DNA of 61,324 bases, counting the filler, from Globobulimina sp. (lineage: Eukaryota): assembly GCA_003354225.1 (NCBI GenBank). It is 13 parts of 13 records of this genome, joined end to end, with 100 filler letters (N's around TTAATTAATTAA, not from the genome) between each part and the next. Parts side by side here need not be neighbours in the genome. Positions count along the whole stretch, not along the records: positions 9,466 to 14,096 come from PIVH01001049.1; positions 14,197 to 18,827 come from PIVH01001050.1; positions 18,928 to 23,554 come from PIVH01001051.1; 10 more parts are not named here. One strand, given 5' to 3'. Each line of letters opens with the position of its first letter. Position 1 is the first letter of the stretch. Shown piece after piece: positions 11,083 through 23,654 of this stretch. The notes below the pieces were generated by a model. That model saw nothing but the letters and a program-made list of their open reading frames with translations, made no database searches and had not been told where the DNA came from. The translations under genes and the position numbers were made by a program.

Positions 11083-13935
11083 ATGTCGTTCTGCATTTTA
11101 TTTGTGTTACAAACGATGATTTATCAATAATGCAGCATCATTGGTACCACAGCAATTAGATGTATTGATCGATATATACTATGCAATGAATGTGGCGAAT
11201 TGGACCCGATGTGGTTCAGTATTTGGTGAAAAATGGAATATCACGCAATTTGAAAATGGTAATTTTGACTGCAGTGTAGTGCATTGCGGATTAACCATCG
11301 AAACACTCGGTCAACATTGTTACGTGGAAGAGTTAGTGATCGCACACAAGAATGCGACAGGATACATCCCCGCGTCCATCAGCAATTTCACGGGCTTAGT
11401 TATTCTTGAAATTCGTAACAATAAACATTTAACAGCTGAATTACCGCATTCTATATTCAAATTAAAATATTTACAACAACTTTACATTTATTACAATGGC
11501 AGAATTACATTGAAAACGCCCAATAAACGGCTTTGGTGCGGTTTACAATCATTGACAACATTAGAATTTACAAATATCGATTACGATAATGGTTTCATCA
11601 CAGATTTCGAGTGTTTATTCAACAAAACGACTAATCGCAAATTCTCCAAATTCCAAATTGAAGAAATACATTCCATGAAAGGTGCTATTCCATCATTTAT
11701 TTGTAACTTATCTGCGCCGTTAGTTGGTAACCAAGAAATTATGATTCAAGCAATCCATGATTTGGATCATTCGGAAATACCGCATTGTATTAATAATTTG
11801 AATGCCAGTCATGTTGTGATTGCATTTACGAATCTGCCAGCTTTATACGGAAGCATTCCAAATACTATTTGTGATATATCAAATCGATTATTCTCATTAG
11901 ATATTAGTAATAATAAACATCTTTCTGGCACTGTTCCGCACTGCATTTTTAACAGTAACTTGGCTCAAATCTCATTAGCAAATAATAGTTTGACAGGTTC
12001 CATCCCAAAAATAAATATTCCAAAACTAACATCCGTTCTTTTGAACGACAATAATTTCGGAGGTAGTCTTTCGGATATTTTCAGTGCAGATATCGGGTCG
12101 CGATTAGTTCAGATTGCTGTGCAAAATAATAATTTTCATGATGACGACGTTTCACATTTATTGAGAAAATGGTTGGACAAAACAGCATATCCGGTTTTGG
12201 AAGTAATACAAATATTTAATAATAAAAACATACATGGTTTCATACCGGATATGAATGTGACAAATAGTGAGATATTATATTTTATGGCGCATTCCTGCGA
12301 TTTACATGGCTAAATTCCACACAACTTAAAGTTTTCAGAAATGAAATATTTAACGTTATTTGATAATCGTTTGTCATGCAGTATTCCAGAATCATTTGTT
12401 CCTGATTTAAAAAATTTGAATATTACATTATTTTATCTCAAAACTTATTTTCTACAAAGAGCTACTCAGAAATCCCAATGTGGATAAAAAACTTTTCATT
12501 ATATGCGACTGCGGACAATTTGTATGTGACAAAATGGACAAATCTGAAGATGATAGCAATGTTTATTGTGTCTACTTTCTGTATGGTTTTGACTGTGATG
12601 ATTATCAGTCACAATGTATACAAAAAATGTAAACAAATATCAGACAAACAACAAATTGTTGATAGAAGACACAGAACTTTCGTGTATAATATACATCGCA
12701 TTCAAAGCATTTTTATTGATTATAAATTGATGTTATGTGTTGTTATATTATTGATATTATATTCCACAGCGTCCACTTATTTTGAATGTTCACCTGTTCT
12801 CATTTGGTTTAATTTGTGTTTTTTTTATTCCGATAATGATTGGAAATATTGGATGCTGTTTGTTGTGTGCATAATATTTAATATTATTGTTGGTTATTTG
12901 GTAATGCAGTTATGTTTCGATACATTAGTATTACAAAAGAGTGCGAGTGCCGATGATAATGATTTGGTGGCTATGAATGTTGATGATAATGACGCAAAGT
13001 CAATGTGCAATTGTATCAGAATTGCATCAATTGTTTGGTATTTATTATTATATTTATTTTTTACTGCAATCACCATATTTTATTTGGGTTTTCAGTCTTT
13101 ACCAAATGACAACATCTTACATTTGAATGATATCGAAAGAAATATGATTGTAAATATCGTATCATTGATATTAGCGATAAATACATCCCTCATTATACCA
13201 GCTTTAGTGGATCTAATATCATCTGCTCAAATTAAGCATTATCATCGAAGTAAAATTATATTAGTATTACGTACTATGAATATTATTTAAATTCCCATGC
13301 TCTCGGCATCGTTTTTATTGAATGATTGTGGGAATTATTGGACAAAATTATGGAATCCATGCAGACAGAATGGAGATGATTTTAATATATATACCAGCTA
13401 TGCTCATAACAATGTTGATAGTTTTGCTGCAGAAGTATTGACTCAAAATGATGTTTGTAATCCAAATAATATGAATGAAATTAATTTTGATAAATGTATA
13501 CGATCATTTTTTTATGAATGGAGTTATGTGGTTATGGTGAAAGTGATTATTATGATTGTTATGCCAATCTTTGTCATTGGAATACGGACACTGAGACGAA
13601 AAACATTAGGTCGATGTATTAAGAAATGGTCAACTAACAAAACAGCGATCGATTCAGAATATTGTATGATTGTAACCAATTTAGAAACAGTTATTATATT
13701 TTCATTTATATCCCCATTAATTGTACCTATTACATTCATTGCAATTCAATCCAATAAATATTTTTATGATATTATGATTAATAAATTGATGTGGCCATTG
13801 AAATCATATTCAGATTATCGGTCCTTTCCAGTTCAATTTTTAGTGATTGGTATTATCATAGAACAATTTTTATTATTTATGTTCTTTTATGAATCTATCC
13901 ATAAAGATTTAATAACTATTTTTTTGACAAATTGA
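11083..13935 (+). pseudogene. LRR-ectodomain multi-TM receptor-like gene with two in-frame TAA stops (12311-12313, 13288-13290) and two frameshifts (~11120, ~12430)
   Basis: Plant-type LRRs (NNSLTGSIP, NNFGGSL). LRR sequence continues past the first TAA (IPHN...LFDNRLSCSIP) and TM sequence continues past the second. Confidence 0.75.
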
Positions 13936-14196
13936 CAAAAACGATTTGACAATTTGACAGTACCGCTAACTCCTTATAATAGGGGATATAGCTGGTTGGA
14001 CTTAGTTTAAAACAGTTTAAATAAATCTTTTCGCTAAACATGGCAGATCTTTTACCTGAAACCCGTACAAAACATGAAAAAATAACACAATCATTANNNN
14101 NNNNNNNNNNNNNNNNNNNNNNNNNNNNNNNNNNNNNNNNTTAATTAATTAANNNNNNNNNNNNNNNNNNNNNNNNNNNNNNNNNNNNNNNNNNNN

Positions 14197-15022
14197 TATT
14201 TGATTGTGATAATAATGCACAATTCTTTTGAGCATATTTAATTAATGCATTTGTAACTGTTTTCGATATATTATAAAATGAATTATATACTTTACACGCA
14301 TTTGTTTGATTGCAACACTTATTTGAACACTTAAATTGCATCGTTTCTCTATTTCCATTCTCTGACCAATATTTAAATTTTGCTGCTTCTTTATATTTTT
14401 TTTGCGTCGATGAGTGTTGAAAATACATAAAACAAAAATGGTATAAATTTTTAATCCAATGAGCTTGTTTGTTTTCATCCAAAGTGATTATTCCAAATCC
14501 ATATTTATGAATGGATTGCGATAATATTTGTGCTGCTTCTCCATCGATATTATTCTCTAAATCTAACCACTTAATTCTACCGACATCACGCAATTGCAAT
14601 ATTTTATTTTCATTTGTTTTATACTTAATAAGCGATGCATAATTTAAACACGATTTATTGATAAATGTAGTTATAACATTGTTATCATATTCCAACATTT
14701 TATATAATTGAGGCAATAGTGATTCATTTATAATAACACCAATACGAGATGGAGTTTGATAATACTTATAATCATTTATTTGTTTTGAACCTGTAACTTT
14801 GGAACTCAATTTATAAGGCATAGCGATTTGAAATTTATTATTCGTATGTTTGATAAAATACGGTTTGAATTTTGCATAATATAATGGTGATAATAATACT
14901 GATAAAACAAATATAAATGTGATGTAAAATGATATAAGGTATGAAAAATACAATAAAATTATAAATAGAAATTTCCAAACAGTGTTCTTGTTCACTAATT
15001 TGTTATACATATTCACGTGCAC
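14197..15022 (-). CDS. Hypothetical protein with N-terminal TM segment and a possible 2OG-Fe(II) dioxygenase N-terminal region; truncated
   Basis: Hydrophobic N-terminus. KWLDL...QSIHKYGFGII...YF weakly resembles DIOX_N. Confidence 0.45.
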
Positions 15023-15251
15023 TGTTGTCTCAAAAAAACTTTAAAATTCGTTTTTAACCATCATTAAAATCGGAGCAGCGGAGTTTTGTTATGCAATTAA
15101 TTGAGCACCGTATTTGTCATTTTATAATTCAACAAATATGTAAACAGAATTAACTAATTAACCAAATAAACCAATACAAGCGCTTGCAGTCATAAAAAAA
15201 GCTCAAAAAACTGGCAATACAGTAATATCAAATTGTTTTAACACATACAAA

Positions 15252-17234
15252 TTACAAAGAAACTGTCTTCTTAATTGATCCATACGATAAATTACAAAGA
15301 TACGAGACCCTTTGCGGTAATTTCGGTTTAATCCCCAATAATTTCTGTTTTTTTGATGCAACTAAAAATTGTCTCAAATACCCAGTCACCAATAACTCCT
15401 CATACCGTTTCTGTGTCACACTGTCAATATTAGGCACACTCTCCGATCTCTCCATCTCTTCGAGATTCCGCATACTGATCCTCTGAGATATCACCTTGAG
15501 ATGCAATTGATTATTTTTATTATTTTTATAACAAACATCACAAACTCGCTTCTCTTGCTGATAGTTTTTGATTTTTAATTTCTTCGTACTGCACGACCCA
15601 CAAACTACAAAACCACAATATTTGCATAAATATCTCCGATTAGTTATCGTAAATTTCTTGGAACAACCAACGAACATACATTGCAATGCAAACTCATACG
15701 GTATAAACAACGTTGCTGCGTATAACTTATCCTCTTTTTTGACTGTTCCTGATTCCATAAATTCATTATAAGTCTCATCAATAAAATCCACCCAATCTTC
15801 CATTCCCTGCTTATTCTCAGCATATAAGAAAAAAGACTCATTCGTCGAATGTAATTCAAATAAATGTTTTAAATTCGATATTAATTTAATAGTTCCGCTC
15901 GTTTTTTGAACCCGAAAATTCGAATCAAAGTATAATATGTTTTCGAGTGTCAATCTGTTGCCATTACCAATGGTCGCATACAATATGCAGTCATTAAATA
16001 ATATGAACCAATAATACTCATGCTTTTTTTTCTCCATTTTCTTCTCGATTCTGCACAGTCGACCTTGATATATGAACCTTCGCGAAGGAATAACCAAATT
16101 ATTCACTTTCCCACCAAACCTATTCTCTATACTTTGTACTTCAAGTCGCGACTCGAATATTTTTATTCTATCATTGATAGAAATATTCACTTTGGATATC
16201 TCCACAAATGCACTGTTTAATTGTTGCAAATCGGGATGGTTTGCCTCTGTGTGTTTGATGATTTCCTGTAACAACAATTTATACCTCGGCATGCGTTGAA
16301 TGGGCAAAATTAATAACTGTTCAAGAGATAAACTGTTAAAACATGGCATTGAAACTTGTTTATTGCAATATTTACAGAATGAGGAACCAATCTTTTTTCG
16401 TAAGTCCGCCAAACGCGTTGCTGCCGCATTATAATTATTACAATATCTTTGATACATTTTCTGTTATGATACATATCAAATATATAATATACATATTATA
16501 AATCATAAAATACATACAAAATGTGGGCAAAATGTAAATAAGATATCTCCAATTTTGCTGGTTTGAATAACTTTGGATAGATCGCGTAAAAAGGTTTGAT
16601 TCAATCCAAGTATGGCATGAATATCTGAAGGAAACAATATTTGATAGTCCGTAGCAGATAAACCATGCCCGTTTGTACGTAGTGGCTCCACATAATGTTC
16701 AACCAATTTACTCATTAAATTAACGTATGTCTTTTCCGTAGAAAGCAACTCTTCAATGGCTCGCTTTCTTTGTCGCTCTCGTTTGGCCTTTTTGGCATCG
16801 CCAAACATATTTTCTTTGTCTGTGACAGTGTCTGCAGTCTGTGTCTCGTCAATCTTATCACCGACCCAATTATTAAAACCTGTGCTGAGTTTGCTTCCTA
16901 ATATATCCTGCATTGTAAGCTTTGCTTTGTGCGGCTGTTTAGTGTCATCATTATCAGTCAAAGTGTGCTGTTTCACCGTGGTCTTGACTTTGACGTTGAC
17001 CTTGTATTTACGATTTAAATCTTTAAATAATTTCGCGTCGCGTCCTTTATATCGTTGTAATATTTTCTTAAGAAATGCAGGGTCATTTAATTTTTTTGGG
17101 TTATGCACTGTATAAAATTCAACTAAGCGGCGTCCAATTTCAGTGCTATCCACCGGGGGAGGAGGTGGCCTGAGGATGTTCGTGGAAGCTGATGTTTGCT
17201 CTTTTCTTTTGGCATATTTCTTTTGGGATTTCAT
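15252..17234 (-). CDS. FGD-like RhoGEF (DH-PH-FYVE); intron 16461-16517
   Basis: EELLSTEKTYV and LILPIQRMPRYKLLL (DH), FILFND (PH), C..CSKKF...RRYLCKYCGFVVCGSC...RVCDVC (FYVE). A 57-nt intron keeps the frame. Confidence 0.92.
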
Positions 17235-17300
17235 ATTGTTTATGATCTAGTTTATAGTGGGTCCATTGTGAAAATGTATGTTTTCATTTTTAGTGAAAAT

Positions 17301-18017
17301 TTATATAGTATCAACAGATAATTTAACATCATAAACAATTTGAATCATCACTACATTTGTTTTATTAACTTTGGGACATTCCAATACTGTGACATAGCAA
17401 TCTTTCTGTTCGATTTGTCCTCTCTCAATATATTCATTTATTTTATCAAACAATTTCCTATTCTCTTTTCCATTCGATATCGGAAAAATTACCTCTCGAT
17501 AAATCTCATCAAAACATACAACATTATAACGATATGGAATTTGAAAATAATATTTGAAACATAGATTTATTATTCCTTTTGATGTCAGACAATTATGAAT
17601 ATCATTGGTATGAATATACCCAAAAACGAGTTTATTAGCTCGTTGTTTGATTATATTTAATTGTTTGCATGCAATCATATCTTTATCCATATGACTTAGC
17701 AAATAATCTGTCTGTTTTACAATTGCTTGTTTGATAATATTCTTCCCAGCACACGATTCCTTTGCAATTTTATTATTATGTGGATACCTTAACTCATAAA
17801 CACATTTTGTTCGGCCATGCTTGCCACATTGTGCTAAATGATATTTTGTTACCATTCCAGTATAGCCAGTTTTACTATGAATACACCACATTCCATTCTT
17901 TATATCTTTTGCGTGGATTTTATTTAATACTGTATATGATAAGTCTGGATACGTATCCACGTCTTCTTTCACAACGTAGTTTTTTGAGTGAAACTGAAAC
18001 ATCTTTAATATCTGCAC
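17301..18017 (-). CDS. Divergent eIF5A-like protein with an internal insertion
   Basis: AQCGKHGRTKC aligns with the eIF5A hypusine loop SKTGKHGHAKV. VKQTDYLL and a C-terminal VTVL match the OB-domain positions. Confidence 0.6.
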   Translation of the reverse strand: MQILKMFQFHSKNYVVKEDVDTYPDLSYTVLNKIHAKDIKNGMWCIHSKTGYTGMVTKYHLAQCGKHGRTKCVYELRYPHNNKIAKESCAGKNIIKQAIVKQTDYLLSHMDKDMIACKQLNIIKQRANKLVFGYIHTNDIHNCLTSKGIINLCFKYYFQIPYRYNVVCFDEIYREVIFPISNGKENRKLFDKINEYIERGQIEQKDCYVTVLECPKVNKTNVVMIQIVYDVKLSVDTI

Positions 18018-18335
18018 TTCAGTTCAACTTAAATACTCAAATGTTCTCCGTGTTTTCCTAAGCTTCTTAATTGGCTTATATATTATTTGATTATTACATC
18101 GTTAATTGGTTATTCGTCACTTAATTAATCAATTTATTAAATCAGATACCTAAAACGATGGTGGACATAAACTCTCAGTGTGTTTTTTATATAATCTGCA
18201 TTTTGTTTACAATGAATAATATTAATTGTTTTATCTTATTAGAAATGAAGATATTGTTGTTGATACTTTGGTATTTTATATAATATATATCTATAGACTT
18301 TATACCATGTTACTTAATATCATAAATAGAATGTA

Positions 18336-18827
18336 ATGTGCGGTGAAGAGCAACGAGCATTGTTTACAATGAAAAACAAAATACAAGAAATTGGGAAATC
18401 AATTGAAAATATCGAGAAGATACAAAAAGATGTTGATAGCCAAGTAATAAATTGGACGAAACAAATTGAAACAGCATTTTCTGATGTTTTTACTGCATTA
18501 AATAAACGCAAAACTCAATTAATAAGTAAATTAAATAAAATTGCAAATCAACATCAAAATAAATTAAACAATAAAAATGCGCAGTTAAATGAAAAATACT
18601 CTGAATCTAAACACAAATTTGATGATTGTCACCGGATTTTACAGCAAGAGACTGAAACACTCGAAAATGAACAAATAGAAACACGAAAAACTAAAGTTTT
18701 AAATGCCGCAAAATATGTAAATGACGCTGCTATTACAAATGTGTTTGATCATGAATATAAAATTAATGTTTCAATCAACAAAAATCATTCCATTAACATT
18801 ATAAATAATTTTGCTCATATTTCAAAT
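18336..18827 (+). CDS. Coiled-coil (B-box C-terminal-like) protein, truncated
   Basis: Heptad-rich IETAFSDVFTALNKRKTQLISKL, open to the contig end. Confidence 0.6.
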
Positions 18828-18927
18828 NNNNNNNNNNNNNNNNNNNNNNNNNNNNNNNNNNNNNNNNNNNNTTAATTAATTAANNNNNNNNNNNNNNNNN
18901 NNNNNNNNNNNNNNNNNNNNNNNNNNN

Positions 18928-19437
18928 GAAAATCCGTTGGTTTTGGGCTATAATCCAAAGAATTGTGTCTTGTCACAGGATGTTGTGGATAAGTTAGAAT
19001 ATAAAAAAGAATTGATTGCAATCTTAGGTTGGCGGCTGAAGAATTATAATATGAAGAAACCAAATGATGCACTAAAAAAGAAGTTTATTGTGTATTGCCA
19101 TATGGTTCAGGTTTTGGTTTTGGATCCGATGACACCCGAATTAGAGACACTGTTTACGGTGATACCAAATAAGAAACCAATTATTTCATTTCAACAAATT
19201 TTTAGATTGTTCCCATCTGTGACTGATATATTTCTACGGAAAACGCAATTAAATTTGCGCATAGCATACAGAATACAGGATTTTATGAAAAACAATCCAA
19301 ATAATCAAATTGAAAGAATATTCTTTGGCAAAGAAACACGAATCGGCAAACTGCAAATACCGCCGTTACAAGAGATCTTAAAATCTGCCAATTTTGGATT
19401 CGTGGAAAGTGAGCAAATGGTCATTAAAAATGTATGA
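18928..19437 (+). CDS. C-terminal fragment of a hypothetical protein, possibly the same family as 30336-31389
   Basis: Open from the contig start. KKFIVYC...ISFQQIFRLFP loosely resembles the C-terminal region of the ART-like family. Confidence 0.5.
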   Translation, partial: ENPLVLGYNPKNCVLSQDVVDKLEYKKELIAILGWRLKNYNMKKPNDALKKKFIVYCHMVQVLVLDPMTPELETLFTVIPNKKPIISFQQIFRLFPSVTDIFLRKTQLNLRIAYRIQDFMKNNPNNQIERIFFGKETRIGKLQIPPLQEILKSANFGFVESEQMVIKNV

Positions 19438-19768
19438 TGGAAATTAAAAATGTAATTTAAAATATATTTTATTGTAATTATGTATTTGTTGTGTTCCTCC
19501 ATATTCGTGTTTGATTGTGATGTTTTGTTGGATATATTTTTTTGTGTTTATTGAGCGTAGATGTTGGTTATACCTGCAACGTAACGTTCAAAAAACCTGC
19601 AACGCAGATTGAAATCAAAAAGCAACATTAGAAAAGTGCAGAGTTAGAAGGTTAGCACCTCCACAATGTTTTGAAACACCTGACAAGCGACAACATAAAA
19701 ACAAATACAGTATATATTGATAACACAATTGCAATATATGAAAATTATCAAAGATGGAGAAACTGAGA

Positions 19769-22700
19769 TTATTCACCAGCATCATCCATTTCATCATAAT
19801 TTACATCGACATCAGTCACATCCGGACCGCCGGTGCCTAATCTCCTAAAATCTTTTTGTGTTTTATTTCGAACCGATAACGGTTTAACCGCAGATCTCGG
19901 GAAATATTCCAAATCATATTCTCTTTGTCTACAAAACAAGAAATTCGGCGAATGTGCTCTCAATTCTTCCGTCCAATATTGTATTAACTTTTCAATCTGA
20001 CACAACACCCAAAAAAACGGAATAAAAAATGGCCAGATTACTAAAAATGTGTAACACGAAATAATATTCGTCATCGCCTGAAATGGCGTCAACAAATTCC
20101 TCCGCATATCTTCCAACGTAATCGGTCTGAAACAAAACTTACAAAACAACGTTTTCAATGTTAAATGCTTTATAAATAACTTATCATAGACATTTAATTT
20201 GCGATTTTCCTCTGAATGTTTCCTTCTCGATTCCAAAATAGAATAATATTCGTTGGTAGACACAGCTTGTATCTCTCCGTTGCCATAGATGCCCGTAATG
20301 GTATTATAACAGCCGACATGATATATCCTCCAATCGTGATTCATTTTATATGGCAATATTGACAGTATATAGTATGCAAACACACGGCGACGAGTATTCA
20401 TGTGATTTATGGACACTATCTCATGTTTATGCGACGATTTGTTACAACAATTGCTGCCATACAACCTCTTCTGATTGACATAGGCGTAAATGTTTAAATG
20501 TTCTGGCGATATCATAGCCGGCATAAAATTCAGAATATGGCATATTAATCCAATAATAACCACCACTACATTTAGAGGCATGGGCATCACTCGCGGCGAA
20601 ATGGACAATTCGTGCGCGTACAATGCGGAAGTAAATGAAGTTTCAGCCTTCGCTTTTTGCCGCACACTGTTCATTGCGCCACTCATCAATGCAATTAATA
20701 GCGACATAAACATCCGCACGCCCAATATGGCAAAGACCATAGTCAATAATTGTGCGTACACACGGTAGTTTTGATAAAATGTGTCAATGGTTCCAACATT
20801 ACCGCCGCCAAATAATAGCTTAAAAAAAAATATCACCACATCATACAAATCAGTAAAGGACGTAGCTTGTTCGGTGTCTATATCAGAACTGAATAAATAC
20901 CAAATTGCAAATAAAAAGCCAGTGGTCACAATGATTATAATCACACCGAATTTCAACACTTCCATAATCATTGCACGTACCACACGTAATAATATACCAA
21001 AAAAACCGCCCGCAGACTCGAAATAAGACAATAACCGCATGGTTAACATCGCGATTTGCGTGGCCCACAACACATTGTATACTAATAATAATTGACTGTC
21101 AAAGGTCTCCACACAGACCTCATTGACCAGTAAACAATCCGTGTCTGTCGTGTTTAGATCGTCATTATAATTCAAACACGTTTCATTCCAAAAATATTCT
21201 ATTGTATCATTGCTACCGTCGAGCGTCAAACTGCCATCATATGGAATGGTAAAATTTTTGGCAACACATTTTAACCCCGTTTTGCTGTCCACATTGGACT
21301 CTGAAGCTGCAGTTACAGTCTCTTCATAAAACATGTCATGTCCGCTGAAACTATCAACATTCGAATCTTGTAACGATCTCCGTTCAGATTCCATCATTTC
21401 ATTATAATCGCACAGCAAATCTATGATTTCATTCTCTTTGCTGGATACCTCCGCAATGCAGCTCTCATTATATACCACTTTGCAGCTAAAAAAATCGGGC
21501 GGACACAGAATATCATCATTAGCCCGCAACCGGCGACGGAAAAATGATGATTCCGGTGGCAGATAATTATGCGTATGATCCTCAAATCCGACAATAAACC
21601 AAAACCGAATCCCAGCCAACACGCACCAGATAATACTAATGATGATATCCCACAAATTGGTGGCGCCATCCACTGAAAAATAAGCTCTGCCCAACGTATA
21701 AAACTGCATAAATTCAGCAAAGACAAAGCCCAAATTCATGAACCAAATGCATCGTTCGAACCAACCCATACTCGTTTTATACACTTGTTGATGCAAATTG
21801 TGCCTCGCCGACGAATTCAACGCAATCCACACAATAATACAGATCACATAACACGTAAAAAACAGCGAAATGCACCATTGATGTCCAAACGGAGTCAAAT
21901 AGAAATAGATGGGTTTCCGTAGCAATATTTTAAAGGCGTCGCGTAGATTTCTTTTCGGATTCTTGGTATGTGATAACATCTCAATATGTGGATTCAACGG
22001 ATTTGCCGTAAACCACGTATGCGTCACCATTCTATTCACGCGTTCCGTATTCAAAAATAGCGTGTTATGCTGTTCTAAGGCTAACTGAATCAACGAGATC
22101 TCCTTCATATACACGGGTATATTCATCAGCATTGTCAGCATAAAATCATCCTCAATGCTGGACACCTGTTCTGCTGCATATTCCTCATACTTTTTACTGT
22201 ACCCTTCCCACACACCATTCCGCGCTAAGTCATCCCTCGCATTTTCCTTCATAAAATGACTCAGAAATAAACAAGCAGGCACTATGAACCTCGTTCCCTG
22301 TATAACTTGCCGGCAAATCCAATCTAAATCAGAAGGCTTGGCCCTCCGTAGCTGCGTGCGATTATTATACAATATTTTCAACGACTCCTTATTGGGCATG
22401 GTCTTCAACAAAACGCCTAAAAAAGTCCACAATGAGCGCAAACCGCCTCTGGTGCGCAACAATTCAATCACAAACTTGCTCATTGGCTCGCCATAAGTCA
22501 CCAAATCGAAGGTGTTGAGGATCTCTTTCAACTCAAATCCCAAATCGCGAATCATAAACGGGTCCCTCGTCCGGCACTCCTTAAACAACTGCCGCCAATC
22601 AATCTTATTATCCACCATATTGTTCATCTTCTCTTCCTCTATAAACTGTGTCTTGGTTTTGGGTAACACGAATTTGGGAAATACCCTCCGTTTCGACTTT

Positions 22701-23539
22701 GCTTTCTGATATTCGTCGATCATTAATCGCTCGAATTCTGGCTCTGGTTCGTCCACATACGATACCGAACTCTGCGAATCCAACTCTTCCTCATCGATCT
22801 CTAACTGTTTCTTGTCTTTAATAGTCTGGTTCCAACCCGCTGGCTTCGGCAACTCTGTGATGCGCTGTATGTGCGTATCGCGTTGATTGTCATTCAAAAA
22901 CACCAACGACTGGCATTGCCAGGTCGGCCGATCCTTTTTATCCTCGATCAATATCTCTATAATGCTCGGCGTGATGCTCGATATTTGCCGCGCGACGATG
23001 GCCGAGATGTAGCGCACGCGATGCATGATATTCTCCCACCGAATGCACCAATTCTTAAACTCTTGGAACGCGACATCTTGCGTATAATCTTGCTCTCCGA
23101 TGCTCTCATTCAGCCGCATGCGGAAATACGCTGCGCGTTTCGTCAATAAATTGTAATATTTGCGCTCATTGAATTGGTTCTGCACTGCCAATTCGATCAA
23201 AACCTTATCGTGGCCGATATGCCACCAACTCGGCACTCGGGTCCATGACTGCGAGAACTGCTTCTTCCATTCTTGCAACCGCTCCTTGGATGAGGTAGCT
23301 TCCGTTTTGGCATATTTTAACTTGTCCGCATTGCCAAGCTTAGCCGGAGAGTTTGTTTTGTATTCGTTGTCGCTGTCCGTCAATGCGGAGGACTCGTTAT
23401 CTACTTCCTGATCACTGTCTGATTCGTTAGGGTCAGACTCGTCGCTGCTTTCATTGGCGAAATCCGCACCTAACTTATACGCAGGCGATAGTGCCCACGT
23501 TAGGAACGAGTCCCAATTCGGTAATTGTTTGGGACTCAT
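19769..23539 (-). CDS. TRP-family cation channel (1256 aa, no introns evident)
   Basis: Six-TM pattern with the S4-S5 linker (GILLRVVRAMIMEVLKF), pore region (LFGGG), S6 (LLIALM), TRP-box-like ETSF and MPMPLN (cf. LPPPFN). Confidence 0.85.
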   Translation of the reverse strand: MSPKQLPNWDSFLTWALSPAYKLGADFANESSDESDPNESDSDQEVDNESSALTDSDNEYKTNSPAKLGNADKLKYAKTEATSSKERLQEWKKQFSQSWTRVPSWWHIGHDKVLIELAVQNQFNERKYYNLLTKRAAYFRMRLNESIGEQDYTQDVAFQEFKNWCIRWENIMHRVRYISAIVARQISSITPSIIEILIEDKKDRPTWQCQSLVFLNDNQRDTHIQRITELPKPAGWNQTIKDKKQLEIDEEELDSQSSVSYVDEPEPEFERLMIDEYQKAKSKRRVFPKFVLPKTKTQFIEEEKMNNMVDNKIDWRQLFKECRTRDPFMIRDLGFELKEILNTFDLVTYGEPMSKFVIELLRTRGGLRSLWTFLGVLLKTMPNKESLKILYNNRTQLRRAKPSDLDWICRQVIQGTRFIVPACLFLSHFMKENARDDLARNGVWEGYSKKYEEYAAEQVSSIEDDFMLTMLMNIPVYMKEISLIQLALEQHNTLFLNTERVNRMVTHTWFTANPLNPHIEMLSHTKNPKRNLRDAFKILLRKPIYFYLTPFGHQWCISLFFTCYVICIIVWIALNSSARHNLHQQVYKTSMGWFERCIWFMNLGFVFAEFMQFYTLGRAYFSVDGATNLWDIIISIIWCVLAGIRFWFIVGFEDHTHNYLPPESSFFRRRLRANDDILCPPDFFSCKVVYNESCIAEVSSKENEIIDLLCDYNEMMESERRSLQDSNVDSFSGHDMFYEETVTAASESNVDSKTGLKCVAKNFTIPYDGSLTLDGSNDTIEYFWNETCLNYNDDLNTTDTDCLLVNEVCVETFDSQLLLVYNVLWATQIAMLTMRLLSYFESAGGFFGILLRVVRAMIMEVLKFGVIIIIVTTGFLFAIWYLFSSDIDTEQATSFTDLYDVVIFFFKLLFGGGNVGTIDTFYQNYRVYAQLLTMVFAILGVRMFMSLLIALMSGAMNSVRQKAKAETSFTSALYAHELSISPRVMPMPLNVVVVIIGLICHILNFMPAMISPEHLNIYAYVNQKRLYGSNCCNKSSHKHEIVSINHMNTRRRVFAYYILSILPYKMNHDWRIYHVGCYNTITGIYGNGEIQAVSTNEYYSILESRRKHSEENRKLNVYDKLFIKHLTLKTLFCKFCFRPITLEDMRRNLLTPFQAMTNIISCYTFLVIWPFFIPFFWVLCQIEKLIQYWTEELRAHSPNFLFCRQREYDLEYFPRSAVKPLSVRNKTQKDFRRLGTGGPDVTDVDVNYDEMDDAGE

Positions 23540-23654
23540 CGTGGCTATGTCTAANNNNNNNNNNNNNNNNNNNNNNNNNNNNNNNNNNNNNNNNNNNNTT
23601 AATTAATTAANNNNNNNNNNNNNNNNNNNNNNNNNNNNNNNNNNNNNNNNNNNN

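Noticed and set aside
12311-13290. Stop-codon reassignment (TAA as a sense codon)
   Set aside because: Many intact genes here end in TAA and long ORFs have no internal TAA. The same gene also has frameshifts, so pseudogenisation is the simpler explanation.
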